A DNA stretch of 64,000 nucleotides from Azolla caroliniana (Eukaryota > Plantae > Polypodiophyta), in NCBI GenBank assembly GCA_043228905.1, contig JBHGNT010000003.1:17236001-17300000 (forward strand), in the 5' to 3' direction. Of this stretch, positions 21,982-34,784 are shown in pieces. Under the pieces are notes generated by a model. That model had not been told where the DNA came from, searched no databases, and saw only the letters and a program-made list of their open reading frames with translations. Numbering within the stretch: the stretch's first letter is position 1; each line of letters starts with the position of its first letter. The translations under genes and the position numbers were made by a program.

Positions 21982-24900
21982 CTAGAGCTTGTCATCCCAA
22001 TCGGTGCGGTTCTTGTTGACGATCTTCTTTAGGATTGTTTAGAGAATTCTGTTATTCACTTCTGCCAATCCATTTGCCTGCGGGTAGTATGGTGTACTTT
22101 TCTTATGTACAACCGCGTAGTGTGTCGTAAGCTCGCGTATTATATGGTTTATAAAGTGCCCACCTTGGTCACTAACGAGCTCTATTGGGCATCCATAACG
22201 GCACCATAGATGTTCGTACACGAATTTGGTTGTGGATGCTGCCATGTTGTCTCATAAGGCCTTTTCCTAGACCCATTTTGTGCAGTAGTCCGTGGCCACG
22301 ATGATATACTTATTACTGGTTCGGGCCGTGGCTGGTTTGAAGGGTCCCACAAAATCTAACCCCCATTTTTGAAATGGTTCCAATGGAAGAATGGGTTGGT
22401 GTGGCATTCGAGCTTGTTCCATCAGTTGTCCCAACCGTTGGCACAAGTTGCACTGCCGGCAAAACTCGTGGGCATCCTTTTTCGTTGTAGGCCACCATAA
22501 CCCACTTTGCCATACTTTCCTTGTCGTGGACTCTCCGGCGTAGTGTCCACCGGCGATTCCTAGGTGGGCCTCTTGGTGGATGGCCTTCTTCTCGAATTGT
22601 CGAATTGCCTAGCGCCATATTCCGTCCGAGCCTTTGTGGTAGAGGATGTCGGAAACGAGGCAAAATTTTTGACTTCGTACTGTGAGGCATTTCCGCGCAT
22701 CGAGGGGCATGTGGTCGGGAGGCAGGCCCGTACTAAGGAAATGGGTCATCTCCGTGATCCATTCATCTTCTTTGTCGTCTGGCAGCATTGTGAGATTAAA
22801 TAGGCCGGCATCGGGTAAATGGTCATACGTGGACTCGGTAGAGTCCCCTGAGTCGAGGCGACTTAGGTAGTCAGCGACGGCATGTTGGACTCCGGGTCGA
22901 TGTTGTATATGAAAATCAAACTCTTGTAACAGGAGCCTCCATCGAGCTAGTCGACCTGTCAGGGCTTGTTTATTGACCAAGTAAAGGAGGGCCGAGTGAT
23001 CGACGTGAAATGTGAATTTTTGGCCTAAGAGGTAATGCTGAAATTTACTGATGTTGTAGATCATACCGAGGGCCTCTCATTCGGTGGTTGAATAGTTCTT
23101 TTCCGTGGCCGAGAAACGTCGGCTAGCATAATACACTGGCCGATACCAATTTGGGGGTGTGCATTGCATAAGTGCGCTCCTGATGGCGATATCTAATGCG
23201 TCCACAAAGACGTGAAAAGGTTCCGACCATATCGGGGGCTGTACAACTGGGGCATGTGAGAGCATTAATTTCAAACCTTGGTAAGCCTCGTCCTCGATGG
23301 AAGTCCATTGAAAGGAAAGTCAATGCACCGCCGCATGGAGTGGTGTCACGAAATCGGCCAAGTGGCGTATCATCCGGTTGTGCCATCTGATTTGTCCTAG
23401 AAATCGGCTGAGGTCCTTTGCGTTCGAGGGTGCGGGGGCGTTTAGGATGGCTTGTACTTTATCCGGATCCATGGCGATACCTTCTTGACCGACGATGTGC
23501 CCGAGTAGGTTGCCGCTTGTGACCAAGAACGCGCATTTTGCCGGGTTTAAGCTTAACCAAGCTTGGCGACATCAATCAAGACAGAGACGTAACTGGGTCA
23601 TGTGTTCCAGTCGCTGGCCATACACGGCAAAGTCGTCAAGAAAGACTTGCATGAACGTCGGGATATACTCGTTAAAAATTTCGGTGATGATGGGCTGGAA
23701 CGTGACCGGCGCCGTTTTCAAACCGAACATCATTATTTCTGCCACGAAAACACCCCATTCCATGACAAATGTTGTTTTCTCCTGATCATCCGGGTGCATT
23801 CTGTTTTGGTTGTAACCACTGAACCCGTCTAGAAAGCTGTAACATTCGTGACCTGCCACCGTGTCGAGAACACCATTCGTGAACGGGAGAGGGAATCCAT
23901 CCGTGACCGTTGCAGCATTCAGCTTGCGGTAGTCGACGCAAACTCGGATTTTCCCGTTTTTCTTGGGGACGACTACGATTGGGCTTAACCATGGCGCGTT
24001 TTACAGGTCGTATGAACCCTACTCGCAGGAGCTTGTCTATTTTTTCCTTGACCCTAGCCGCATAATTGGGGTTCATCCGGTAGCGTCTTTGCTGAACCGG
24101 CTGAGCGTCAAGGAGAAGATGGATCTGGTGTTGGTAGTATTGAGGGTCCAAACCCTTCATATCTGTGTAAGACCATGTGAATAAATCCTGGTAATCGGTG
24201 AGTAAGCGTATGAGGGTTGCTCGTTCGCCAACTGGTAAGTTATTAGCAATGTGTAGGGGGCAAGGGTTCTCGTCCGAACCGAGGTTCAGTGTTTCGAGCG
24301 TTGATGCCTTCACCCGTTGGGAGATGGCGAGTTCACGTTCAAATGCATCCTGAGCGTGTCGTAATTCCGCGATGGTGGTGGGATCCGGCTCGTCCTGGGA
24401 AGGTGTATTCTCCGTGACCTCCTCGTCTAGAGGTGTGTCGACGGCCGATATGGCGTCGATTTCGAAGAGGGGTATGATAGTGGGATGGTCTTCAAGGAAG
24501 TCATCCACCTCGTCCTCGGCTAACCCGTCGAGCATGTGCACCCCTTCCGCATATAACGGGGAGGTGTTGTGGACCGTGGTTACGCGTTCTTCGGTTATGA
24601 TCCAAACCTTGGTCTTTCCTCGGCGAAATGAGATCATGTTGCGCTGCCAATGCTGTTTGATATTTGTTATGCGCAACCATGGTCTCCCAAGTAACATTGG
24701 GTAGGCGCCTTGTGCTTCGAGTCGTAATACAACGGCTGAGATAGTGAACATGTGGCCTCCTAGAGTAAAGTCGAGGTGGCGGATTAATCCAATGGGGCGA
24801 ACTGATCGTGTATCGGCCATCCGAAGCCAAAAGGGGCAAGGTTCCCATTGATTCAGACTGAGCTTATGACAAGTAGCCTCGCTGATGACATTCACGCCAG

Positions 24901-26820
24901 ACCGTCGTCGATTATGCACCCGTGCAGGTCCCGTCCTTTAATCATAATTTTTATGGCTGGATTTTGAGCATCCATCAGGGGTGGACCTGTTCCTGGCTCA
25001 GCCAGGTGCACAAGTGGCGCGGTGGAATGGGTGTTGGCCGTGAGTGTAGCCAATGTGTCCCGAAAACAGGCATGAGTGGTAACAGTTTATGCAGAGGCAG
25101 GGAGATCCTGGAACTGGTAAGGTTGCCCCATAGTTGGTCATCTTCTGTCAACGTGGATGGTGCCGAGGACTGTGGTGCTCCGAAGGTCGCATCTCCCATT
25201 TCTGTCTGCATCCGCACCACATTGTTTTTGTTAGCCGTATCAATCCATTCTTTGGCTGCTTGCCAGACTTCATCCTGTACTTGCCATGGAGTGGCCTGGG
25301 CTTTACTGCGTGTTGTGACGTTTTGCACGTCGGCCATAATATTATTCACGGCAGGAGCCTTTCCGCGGTCTGTTGTTGGGCATTGCGTAGCGTAGTGACC
25401 GGGTTGGTTGCACTTGAAGCATGTAACGACGGCTGAGTTGTTGGTGCCAACCCGATTTGTGTGTGTGGGGGGGTGTGATTGATTCTTGGCCTCGTTTGTT
25501 GGTGGTTTGGTCCAGGGCGCGTTCGAGCTGCGCGGTTCAATTTGAGGGGGTCCCGATGATGGTTGTCGTTATTCCTTCTGTTGTTACGCGATCCTCGGTG
25601 AGAGTTGCGTCGATCATTATGGGAATTTCTCTGATCGTATCGGTCATCCCGATCATCATTTGCCCGATACTGGTCATCGTGATAGCAATCACGACGGTCA
25701 GCCGATCTCCGTCGGTTGTCGTTTCGGTAATCATCGTCACGACGCCACCTATCTGGCGATTGGGGTCGTTGGTTATCCTGGTTCCGGTAGGATTGTATGT
25801 ATCCTTGGGCTCGATCTAGCGAACCAGGGTCGTCGTTGTGCGGTTGAGCATATTGTATTCACATTGCTCGACAGTGTGAGATCAGGACTGGCATATCAGA
25901 CACTATGGCTGGTGAGGACATTCTACGGCCAGATGGCCAGATCCCGAGCAAACTGTGCATTGGAGGGCTTGCCGGAAGCAATTTTCCTCCTGGGGAAGGG
26001 CGCTTTGCAGTGAACTCATAGAGAAAGCCGTGCTTTGCTGTGTCCAATCGAGGGCGAGGCCGCGTGCTATGATCTACTCGATCGTTGGTTGGCAAAATTA
26101 GTAAGTGTGAAAGTCGTCCATAGAGGCTCCCGTAAGTTGGACAGGAATGCGTCCGGAATGTGCTATGCAGAGACATCATCGGCCACTTGTCTGTAGAGAT
26201 CCTAGAACCGGATCGTGAATTGTGCGACCGTCTCATGCGGTTCTTGTCGCATGGAAAAGAACTATCAGAGCAGTTCGCATTTGGGCACCTCGCGATGGAA
26301 CAGTTCTAGGAATTGCGTGCGAATGTCTTGGAAGGTTATAAAATCCCCTGCGTCGAGGCGAGAATACCATCGCGCAGCTGGTCCATCGAGGGATAGCGTA
26401 AACTCGGCAATTTTTGAGGCCTCGATCTCGGCAGGCGAGAGTCGCTACGTTGAGTGGTTGGCCTGCTAGGTGGACACGAAGGCACGGATGTGCGACTCCA
26501 CATCGGGGCCGTCGGTGTATCATGGGTAAGGATACGACATGGTATTGAAATCGGGATCTTCCGGTAAAACCGGAAAAGGGTTAGGGTCAGGGTGGGTGAC
26601 CTCTGGAGGGCTTGGTGGAGAGGTTGGTGTGGAATCAACTAGCGACCAAGTAGCAGGTGGCGAGGATTGCAACCGGTGAGCCTCAGATATTTCTTGGAAA
26701 GATTGGTCCGTGACCGCCGAGTTCGAAGTTCCTTCGACTCGCTCAGGGCGTCGGCCAGATGGCCAAGACCGCTTGGTGCGATTGTGCGCGATAATGGCGG
26801 CTGAAGGTTGCCTTCAACAT
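21982..26820 (-). pseudogene. pol: G1 gag-pol (many stops and frameshifts)
   Basis: Gag knuckles CTVCSGSGHLAVEC and CFKCNQPGHYATQC; PR GVNVISEATC; RT SFLDGFSGYNQ and VFLDDFAVYG; RH VDALDIAI...RLARW; INT ELVSDQGGHF. Confidence 0.9.
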
Positions 26821-26845
26821 AGTTCGTTGTGATCTCACAACTATA

Positions 26846-26858
26846 ACCGGGCGTGCCA
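26846..26858 (-). promoter_or_regulatory. tRNA-Arg primer-binding site of G1
   Basis: Minus strand TGGCACGCCCGGT, a 13-nt match to the complement of the tRNA-Arg(UCU) 3' end, 5 nt from the LTR. Confidence 0.85.
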
Positions 26859-26863
26859 AATTG

Positions 26864-27356
26864 TGTTATTCGTTCCTCTCGAAAACACCTTCAATGAGCC
26901 CACAGGCTATCGGTGTCAAGGGATCGTGTTACGTGGAAGCTTCTTCTACACGGGGAAAAGAGAGGAGAACAAGGATCGTACACGGGCTACAACCCGTTAG
27001 GTATGAACGTAGCTTGATTTACGAGTACGGGGAGAATACACAAATAGAAGTTTAGAAAAGACGAAACTTATATTCCATGATAAAGCTTACAATGATTACA
27101 GTACTTGGCCTCAACCGGAAACAGTACGTATAGAGCTTGCTCCTATGATAGTACTTTCGCTCAGAATGATCTAGGTATCCCCCTTGTCGAGGTACACAGA
27201 CCTCGGTTTATATACTTTTTTCTTCATACAGAGCCGAGCCGTCGGTTGACTGTGAGGCTCGAAACTCAACGTTCTCCTAAACTCTACCTTCCTCACCTAC
27301 TCCCACTTAATGACGAGTTTACATAATATATTTATTTTTATGGCCTATGGACAACA
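26864..27356 (-). repeat. 5' LTR of G1
   Basis: TGTTA...ACAACA termini, adjacent PBS, TATA-like TATATAAA near 27207-27214; interrupts the G3 extra ORF. Confidence 0.8.
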
Positions 27357-28830
27357 CAGACGATTCATGAGTATCTGGACCCGCGGCCATCACCGGGGTT
27401 TGATCGTTCTGTCGAGTTACCAGGGCCACCGGTTTTGATTGTTGTGGTCCTTCAATGACCAACTTGGCCATGTCTGTTTTGGCCTTCTCTATGTCTTCTT
27501 CCATGCTCCAGATTCCTCAGTTGTGGCTAGCAATCGGGCTTCCTGCGCTTTTTCTTTCGCTTCTAACTGACCGACAACACTAGTCACTTGGTTTGCTTAC
27601 CATCGGAGCCATCGACTGCCAGTGCCTTGTGGTCGTGCTAGTTCTGGTCGTGGGATGGCATTTCCACTGGTCACAAGCCAACTATTGACGGTTACGTCAT
27701 ACAGCCACTCTCGTTCTGGCTGTTGTTGTTGCGGCGGTGATGCCTGCAATTCAATGACTGGTTCTTGATTCACCAGTACTGCCATGCCCTGGACCGCTAG
27801 TTCTGCGATGTCCTGCCGCAACCCTTGCTCCGTTCCCGATTCTTGTTGAGCCAATTTTGCCGCCTTCCTCGGCTGCGGCTCCTCAGGGGAGGGTTCCCGT
27901 CTATTGTCCTCCATTAGCCTTGATGTTCCCCCTTCGTGGCCCTTTTCTCTTGTCTGGCGACACCGTAGCAACCTCTCAGTCTGTCTGTCTGTCTTCCTGT
28001 TGTTCTTCTTCCAGGGTCTCGTTGCTGATTACCGCCGCCAAGGGGTCCTGCCCCTGCGTTTTCTCTGGTTGCTGCTCTTCTTGTTGTTCCGACATGCGCA
28101 ACTTGATTTTCAACGGTCTCCCCAAGGTGCCCACCGATGCCTCCTTCTCAACCAACCGCTTCCGATTAGGCCGTTCCTTCGCTTTGGTAGCCAGGAGTTG
28201 TTGTCATTTTGAAGATGTTTTGGGGGTCACTTCTGTCAGTCTTCCCGTCTTCCTTTGTTTGGGCTCCATTGGCGGTGCTAACAAAGTGAGCCATTGCGCC
28301 ACTGTTGTCCACATCTTTTCGCCATCTTTTATCGAGACGATGGCAGCACTCAGGCTGTCGGCAATCATTGCCGGGCAATCCACCTGTACTCCCTCGTAGG
28401 TGGCTATGATCAGACCGACTCTATTCCTGGGCATCGCCGGTGGTCGGAGGTACACATGGCCATATTCGTGGAGTACCCGAGCAATTTCCCGAAACAAGAG
28501 ATCTTCACCACCTTACGTGTGGTATGCCTTGTTGCCCAGGGAGTATTCCCCAAAATACCTCGTCAGCAACTCCGGTGAAGGGTTGTCGATCGAGTAGATT
28601 CCCCCTTCCAGTAGGCCGGTCATGGCTCGGATGGCTTCCTCGGTGATGACCTCCATGTCGATGTTTTTAACGACATTTTCCGCATCTCCGTGTGGCGGTG
28701 CTTCGACGATTCGCAAGAATCCCTCCAGACCATGTTGCTTCAGCCATTTCTTAGCCGCTTCTGAGAGTACCATGTATTCCATGTTGTCTTCAGAGTCAGT
28801 AAGTTGTGGTAATATGGGTGCGCCTACATG
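27357..28830 (-). pseudogene. 3' extra ORF of G3
   Basis: WLKQHGLEGFLRIVEAPPHGDA, YFGEYSLGNKAY, FREIARVLHEYG, ATYEGVQVD align with the G1 and G2 extra ORFs. Confidence 0.8.
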
Positions 28831-29299
28831 CTCTGCGTGCTCTCACTTGATCACTCGTAATCGTCTATGAACGCTGAGATCTCTGTGTTCGTGAAATGAA
28901 AGGGACTTACCGTGGCATGGGTTTTCTTTCTCCATGCATGCTGCCTTTTCTTGATTCCCGTGCATGCACTTCCTATACTAATATAGCAATCGGTTGACAC
29001 GTGGTGCGCCTGTCTTTAAAAGCTTTAATTAGCCACCCACCACCTTTTCAAAGTGTCCGTTCGCTCCTCGCCTCTGCATGATGACTTTTCTTTTTTCTTT
29101 TTTCCTTTTTCTTTTTTGATATTGAGGTTGAGTTAACCAAAAGCACCGGGTCCGTATCCTAATTTTTCCCCATATTCACTTTTGTCGGTAACCTATTTGT
29201 TGTTATCCGGTAACGCCGGCTTTTCCTGACTGTCGGGTAATTTTTTCGTGCTTCCTACTGTTGTATCAACCTCCGTCTATTCAAACGGGTTCTATGGCA

Positions 29300-32200
29300 T
29301 CGGTCCACAGTACGGTTTAAGATCGGAACGCTCGCCGATATGAACTGTTGAATTCCCGTGTTATCCAATACGGTCCGGTCCACCGGAATCGTAGCTTTCC
29401 TAGCATCTGACCCATCCGGGTCTGGAACACCAGTACCGGCTTGCCGATCTCGAACATCTTCTCATTGCCCTTCCGGTGCCGATCGACAAACGCCTTCCTT
29501 CGTCGTTGTTCTAGTTCCAACTACATGAGACTTGCTATCCGATGTTCCTCGAGTTCGCATAATGCGGCTAACCAGATTTTTTCCGATTCCTTTTCACTTA
29601 GTCGTTCTTTAACTTGTATCCGCAAACTCGAAACCTGAAATTCGATCGGCATTACTGCTTCAAGCTCAAATGCTAGCCGGAATGGTGTTGATCAGATACT
29701 TGTTTTGTATGCCGTCCGGTATGCCCATAGTGCACTATGTCGTCCGGTTTTCATTGACGATCTTTTCCAGGATGTTTTGGAGCGTTTTGTTCATGGATTC
29801 GGCCTGTGGATAATAAGGGGTACTACGCTTGTGTACCACTGCATAGATTGTCGTTAAGCTCTCTACTACTTGACCAAGAAAATGTCTGCCTTGGTCGCTA
29901 ATTAATTCGATCGGGCATCCATAACGGCACCAGATGTACTCATATAAGAACTTTGCCATTGATGCCGCAGTGTTGTCCCGCAAAGCCTCAGCATCCGGAA
30001 ACTCATCCGGGATTCCATCGCCGGTCTCACCGGAGTCTAACCGGCTCAGATAATCGGCAACCACATGCTGTATCCCCGGCCGGTGATATATTTTGAACTC
30101 GAACTCTTGTAGTAGCAATGTCCATCAGGCCAGCTTGCCGGTGAGTGATGCCTTTGAGACCAAATATAACAACGCTGAGTGGTCGACATGGAAAGAAAGT
30201 TTCCTTCCCAATAAATAGTGCTTGAACTTGGTAACATTGTACATCATCCCTAAGGCTTCTCTTTCCGTTGTTGAATAATTCTGTTCTGCCTGGGATAGTT
30301 TCCGGCTAGCATAATAGAGTAGTCAGTACCATTTTGGTTCAGTCAGTTGCATTAGTGCACTGCCGATTGCTATGTCAGACGCATCCACAAACACGTGGAA
30401 TTCTTTCGACCAGTCCGGTGGTTGCACCACCGGTGCTTGTGATAGCAGTACTTTCAGTGCCCGGTTAGCTTCATCCTCTGAATTCTTCCATTGGAATAGT
30501 GTCCAATGAACCGCGACATGCAATGATGTAGCAAGATCGGCCAAATACCAGAGCATTCGGCTATGCCACCGGTTTTGCCCTAGAAACCGAGTTAAGGCTT
30601 TGGCCGTCGATGGTGCCAGTGCTTCTAAGATTGCTTTCACCTTATCGGGGTCTACCGCGATCCCGTCCTTGCTAACCAAATGGCCCAACAATGCACCACT
30701 TGTTACTCCGAACACACATTTTGCTGGATTCAGGCTTAGCTGATAACTTCTGCATTTCTCAAGACATAGCTGGAGGTGTTGGAGATGTTCTCTTTCTCGG
30801 CTATACATGGCAAAGTCATCCAGGAATACCTGCACGAATGCCGAAATGAACTCGCCAAATATTTCCATGATTATTCGTTGAAAGGTTGTCGGCGCGGTCT
30901 TGAGCCCAAACATCATTATCACTACGACAAAGACTCCCCATTCGGTGATGAATGTTGTCTTGTCTTGGTCGTCGGGGTGCATCCTTATCTTATTGTAGCC
31001 GTTGAAACCGTCTAGGAAGCTATACACTTCATGTCCGGCTACCGTGTCCAACACTCCATCCGTAAACGGCAATGGAAAGGCGTTGGTCACTGTCGCCACA
31101 TTGAGTTTCCGGTAATCAACGCACACCCGGATTTTCCTGTTCTTTTTTGGCACGACGACTATGGGACTTAACCATGTAGCTTTTTTCACTGGTCGGATAA
31201 AATCGACCCGTAACAACTTGTCAATTTCCTCTTTGACCTTTGCCGCATAGTTAGGGTTCATTCAGTAACGTCGTTGGGCTACCAATTTGGCATCCTTACT
31301 AAGTTGTATTTGGTGTTGGCACAACTGGGGATCCAGTCCCCGCATGTCTTCATAGGACCAGGCGAATACGTCCCGGAATTCCTTTAATAAAGTGATCATC
31401 GTCGTCCTGTTGTCCGGTGACATTTCCTTAGCAATATGAACTGGCCTGGCGTCATCCCCGGTCCCTAAGTTCACTTCCTCTAACTAGGATGATTTCATGT
31501 GTTGGGATACCGCCATCTCCCTTTCCAGATCTTCCTGTGCTTGCCATAATTCTCTGATAGCTTCCCAATCCGGTTCCTCGATGGCGTCGTCCAATTGCAT
31601 TCTATATGGTGATATTGCTTCCGCCACATCGATTTCAAATAGGGTTACAATTTTTGGGTTTTCTTCTAAGTACTGGTCGACCTCTTCGTCCGCAAGCCCC
31701 TCGAACATGTTGACACCTTCCACATATAGTGGCGTCAGCTCCTTGCCAGTACTGGCTCGAGGGTGGGTAGGTACCCTTATTTTTGTCTTCCCTTGTCAGA
31801 AGGTAATCATGTTTTTTTGCCAGTTTTGTTTGATATGCGCCGTTTTTAGACATGGGCGGCCCAGCAACAGCGGGTAAGCCCCTTGCGCATTGAGCTAGAG
31901 AACCACTGCCAAAATGCAGAATGCGTGACCTCCGATAATTACATCTAGATCTGGTATCAAACCAGTAGGTCTTACCGAACTTGTATCCGCCATTCGGAGC
32001 CAAAATGGGCAAGGCTCCCATTCCTAGATTCCCAGGGTGTTACAAGTCCGTAAACTGATCACGTTCACGCTTGATCCTCCGTCCACAATCGTCCTTGGTA
32101 GTTCTCGTCCTTTGACGATGGCGGTGATTGCCAAACTGTTCGTGTCTACCACTGCTGGCCCTTCTTCCGGATTTGAGAAGAACGCAGGAGCCGGCAACGG

Positions 32201-34265
32201 AATTGATGTGGTCATTCCTGATGTCAGCCCTTTCGTAAACCGGGGCACTAGCTATAATAATCGACCCAATGGCAGCATAATCTGACATTTTTGTAACGCT
32301 TGGCATGTTGGGTTTTCCGGCTGAATCGTGTCGGTGGCCCCTTCCAGTTTCTACTTTTGTTGTTCAAGCTCAACCACATTTTGCTCATTTTCCTTCTTCA
32401 CCCACTTGGTGGCTTGCTTTCGGATTGCCTCTTGTGTTTCCCACTCCGTTGTTTTGCCTTTTGCCCTGGTGGTGACTTGTTGTATATCCGCAACTTCTGC
32501 TACCACCATATTTACGATTGGTCTTTTCTCGTAGCTTTTAACCAGACACTGATTACTGTAATGTCCTTCTTGTCGGCAATATTAGAAGTATGGCTTCCGG
32601 GTGTTGTTGGATTCAGCGTTCGCTCCGGTACTCGATTGAGGTCCTACTGGTGGTCGGTTAGGTGCTTGGTCCAGTTGGGTACTTGTCGTGCCCTTGCCTG
32701 GCTGCCACTAGCGGTCCTCCTTTCTAGCGTTCCATTTTTTGTTGAAGCGTGTTTTGTTTCGGTAACCCTCTCGCGGCCGGTTTTCATAGTTGCCTTGATC
32801 CTCCCTCCGCTGGTTGTAACCGAGGGAGTGATCCCGGTTGTATCGCCTGTATCGTTCACTATTGTAATCTCGGTAGCTATCCTACCGGTCTCGGTCGTGA
32901 GCGTCCTTTCTATTGTTGTTCTAGATCTCTTGCACTGGCCGGTAATGTTCGTCTCGCCGCCAGCGTTCTTCTTCCTCCTCCCGATTGCTCCGGGGTTCGA
33001 TTTGTCTTATCGGTGCTGCTTGTCAATTCAGCAAGTTATATTCGCATCGGTCCATTGTGTGTGTTCTGGAGTGGCATAACATGCACTCTGTCTGCATGGT
33101 ACATTCTATTGCTGAGTGCCCGGCATTGAGACAAGTCATAGATTGTATAGCTTGCCGAAACCGTAGGTCGTCTTCCGTCGGTAATGTACGCTGGAGTGCC
33201 CCCATTGTTAGCCACGAGCTTGTTTTCTCCATCTCCCTGACCCGTTCTATGACTTGGTCGATCGTGCTGGTGCGGAAATCGATCACTGCGCACAACGTAC
33301 ACAGGGGTTCCTTGAGTGGCTAGGAATATTGATTTCACCTCCTCCTCCGGTGGTGCCCGATTGAGCTGATTGTGCATTCGTTGGAACCGGATTACGAATT
33401 GTTGAATGGTTTCCGTAGGTTCCTACTGTATGGTGTAGAATAGGACGACCATCTCCCGTTGATCCACCTCTTTGTTGAAGAACTGTAAAAATCTAGTTTT
33501 TAAGTTCTCAAACGTCATGATAGTGTCGGGAGTGTGCGTCAAGGCCATCGTGCGGCTGGTCCTTCCAAGGTCATGCCGAACTTTGCAATCTTCGAGCGTT
33601 CTACTTCTTCTACTTCTGCGGCAGTCAAACATTACGACACATGGTTTGCTTCCCATGTTTGCAGAAATGCATAGACATGAGCTTCTGCGTCCGGATCATC
33701 CCGACACTTGGGATATTGGAACGGCATGTCATCGTCCGGTGTCGGAGGTCTCCCCTCCTCTTCTTTTGGTGACGGAGGTCTTTCCTCTTCTTTCGATGTC
33801 GGAGTTCTTGCCTCCTCTTCTTTCAGTGTCTCACGTGGTGGTGTCAGGAGCTGATCTGCCACCTGCCGATCTGGGGCTTCCAGTTCCGTTAACTCCGGTT
33901 CTAGTGTCGACAAGGTATCTGACTGCTAGTCCTCCGGTCTGTTTGGGGTGTCATGGCTGCTACGGTAATTCGAATGGGTGTTGCATTCGCCATCTGAATC
34001 TGATTCGAAGGCCGAGAATGGTTCCGAATCGCCTCCCCCTGTCGCTAGTGCCTGCAGAATGGATTCCGTGTTCCGGAGATTGCTCATGCTGCTTCCTTCG
34101 TCCAATTGGGAATTTTGTTGTCTGCAGAGTGACTCTGTGGCCACTTGCCGGATTGCCGGATCCGCAGAGATCTTTTTTGCCGCCTATTGGAAAGCCTCTC
34201 GCTTCTGCAATCGTTCGGCAAGTCTTCTTGCTCACTCCGTAATCGGGTTGTTTGTTGGTCTAGTC
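29300..34265 (-). pseudogene. pol: G3 gag-pol with an internal deletion of about 0.55 kb near 29990 (integrase zinc finger lost)
   Basis: IVDGGSSVNVI, RVCVDYRKLN, VFLDDF, VDASDIAIGSAL; PDEFPD is joined directly to AEALRDNTAA. Confidence 0.9.
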
Positions 34266-34322
34266 ATCCATGCCCGCCACTATTCGCTTTGTTTGTGCAA
34301 GAATCATGGTCGCCGAAAACTG

Positions 34323-34784
34323 TGTTATCGCTAGGGCCGGACAATGGCCTAACATAGGGTGTCCCTTTGAGACACTTCACCAACGGGGTGTTGTGGTGAG
34401 ATAGAGTTAGACCAACTATTAATGGAACCTTAATGGGTTACTAGCGGCAATATCATTAGTCACAATACACGTGTAGGATAAATTATGCTTAGCACAGAAC
34501 AGTAATTAACAATGATTAAGATACAGAACAACAACACTCTATTAATTATCCGCTGATGATTACAATCTAACCGGCTCTTTTAATAGGTTTCCGGTTTTAG
34601 GTACAAACCGGTGCCAACCGGCAACCAGCTACGAACCGGTCCGGATCCGGATCGGCATACCGATTCCGCGTCCTTCCGTTCGCTTCTCAAATCATAATAA
34701 TTCTATATAAATATATAATCAGCTCCTGGTTATTAATTATCCCCTCGTTTCCCATTCTGGACTTCCCTTGCCGGCCGGCTAACA
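34323..34784 (-). repeat. 5' LTR of G3
   Basis: TGTTA...CTAACA; a homologous solo copy lies at 35454-35898. Confidence 0.9.

Larger units (their letters stand above)
550..27356 (-). mobile_element. Ty3/gypsy non-chromovirus element G1 (decayed; 3' end left of window), interrupted by G2, G0 and a solo LTR
   Basis: 5' LTR 26864-27356, tRNA-Arg PBS, gag-PR-RT-RH-INT on the minus strand (about 26820 to 21982, resuming 4093 to 3551), then an extra ORF. Integrase reads DWDDKL*S|ALWAYRT across the G2 insertion. Confidence 0.9.
27357..34784 (-). mobile_element. Ty3/gypsy non-chromovirus element G3 (3' end displaced by G1), inserted in copia Ca gag
   Basis: LTR 34323-34784, degenerate PBS, gag about 34265-32500, pol to about 29300, extra ORF about 28830-27357. 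Confidence 0.9.

Noticed and set aside
32300-34242. Hydrophobic 259-aa and 256-aa plus-strand ORFs as membrane or env proteins
   Set aside because: They are antisense shadows of the R/D/E-rich G3 gag; the same effect occurs at 25457-25819 and 5517-5813.
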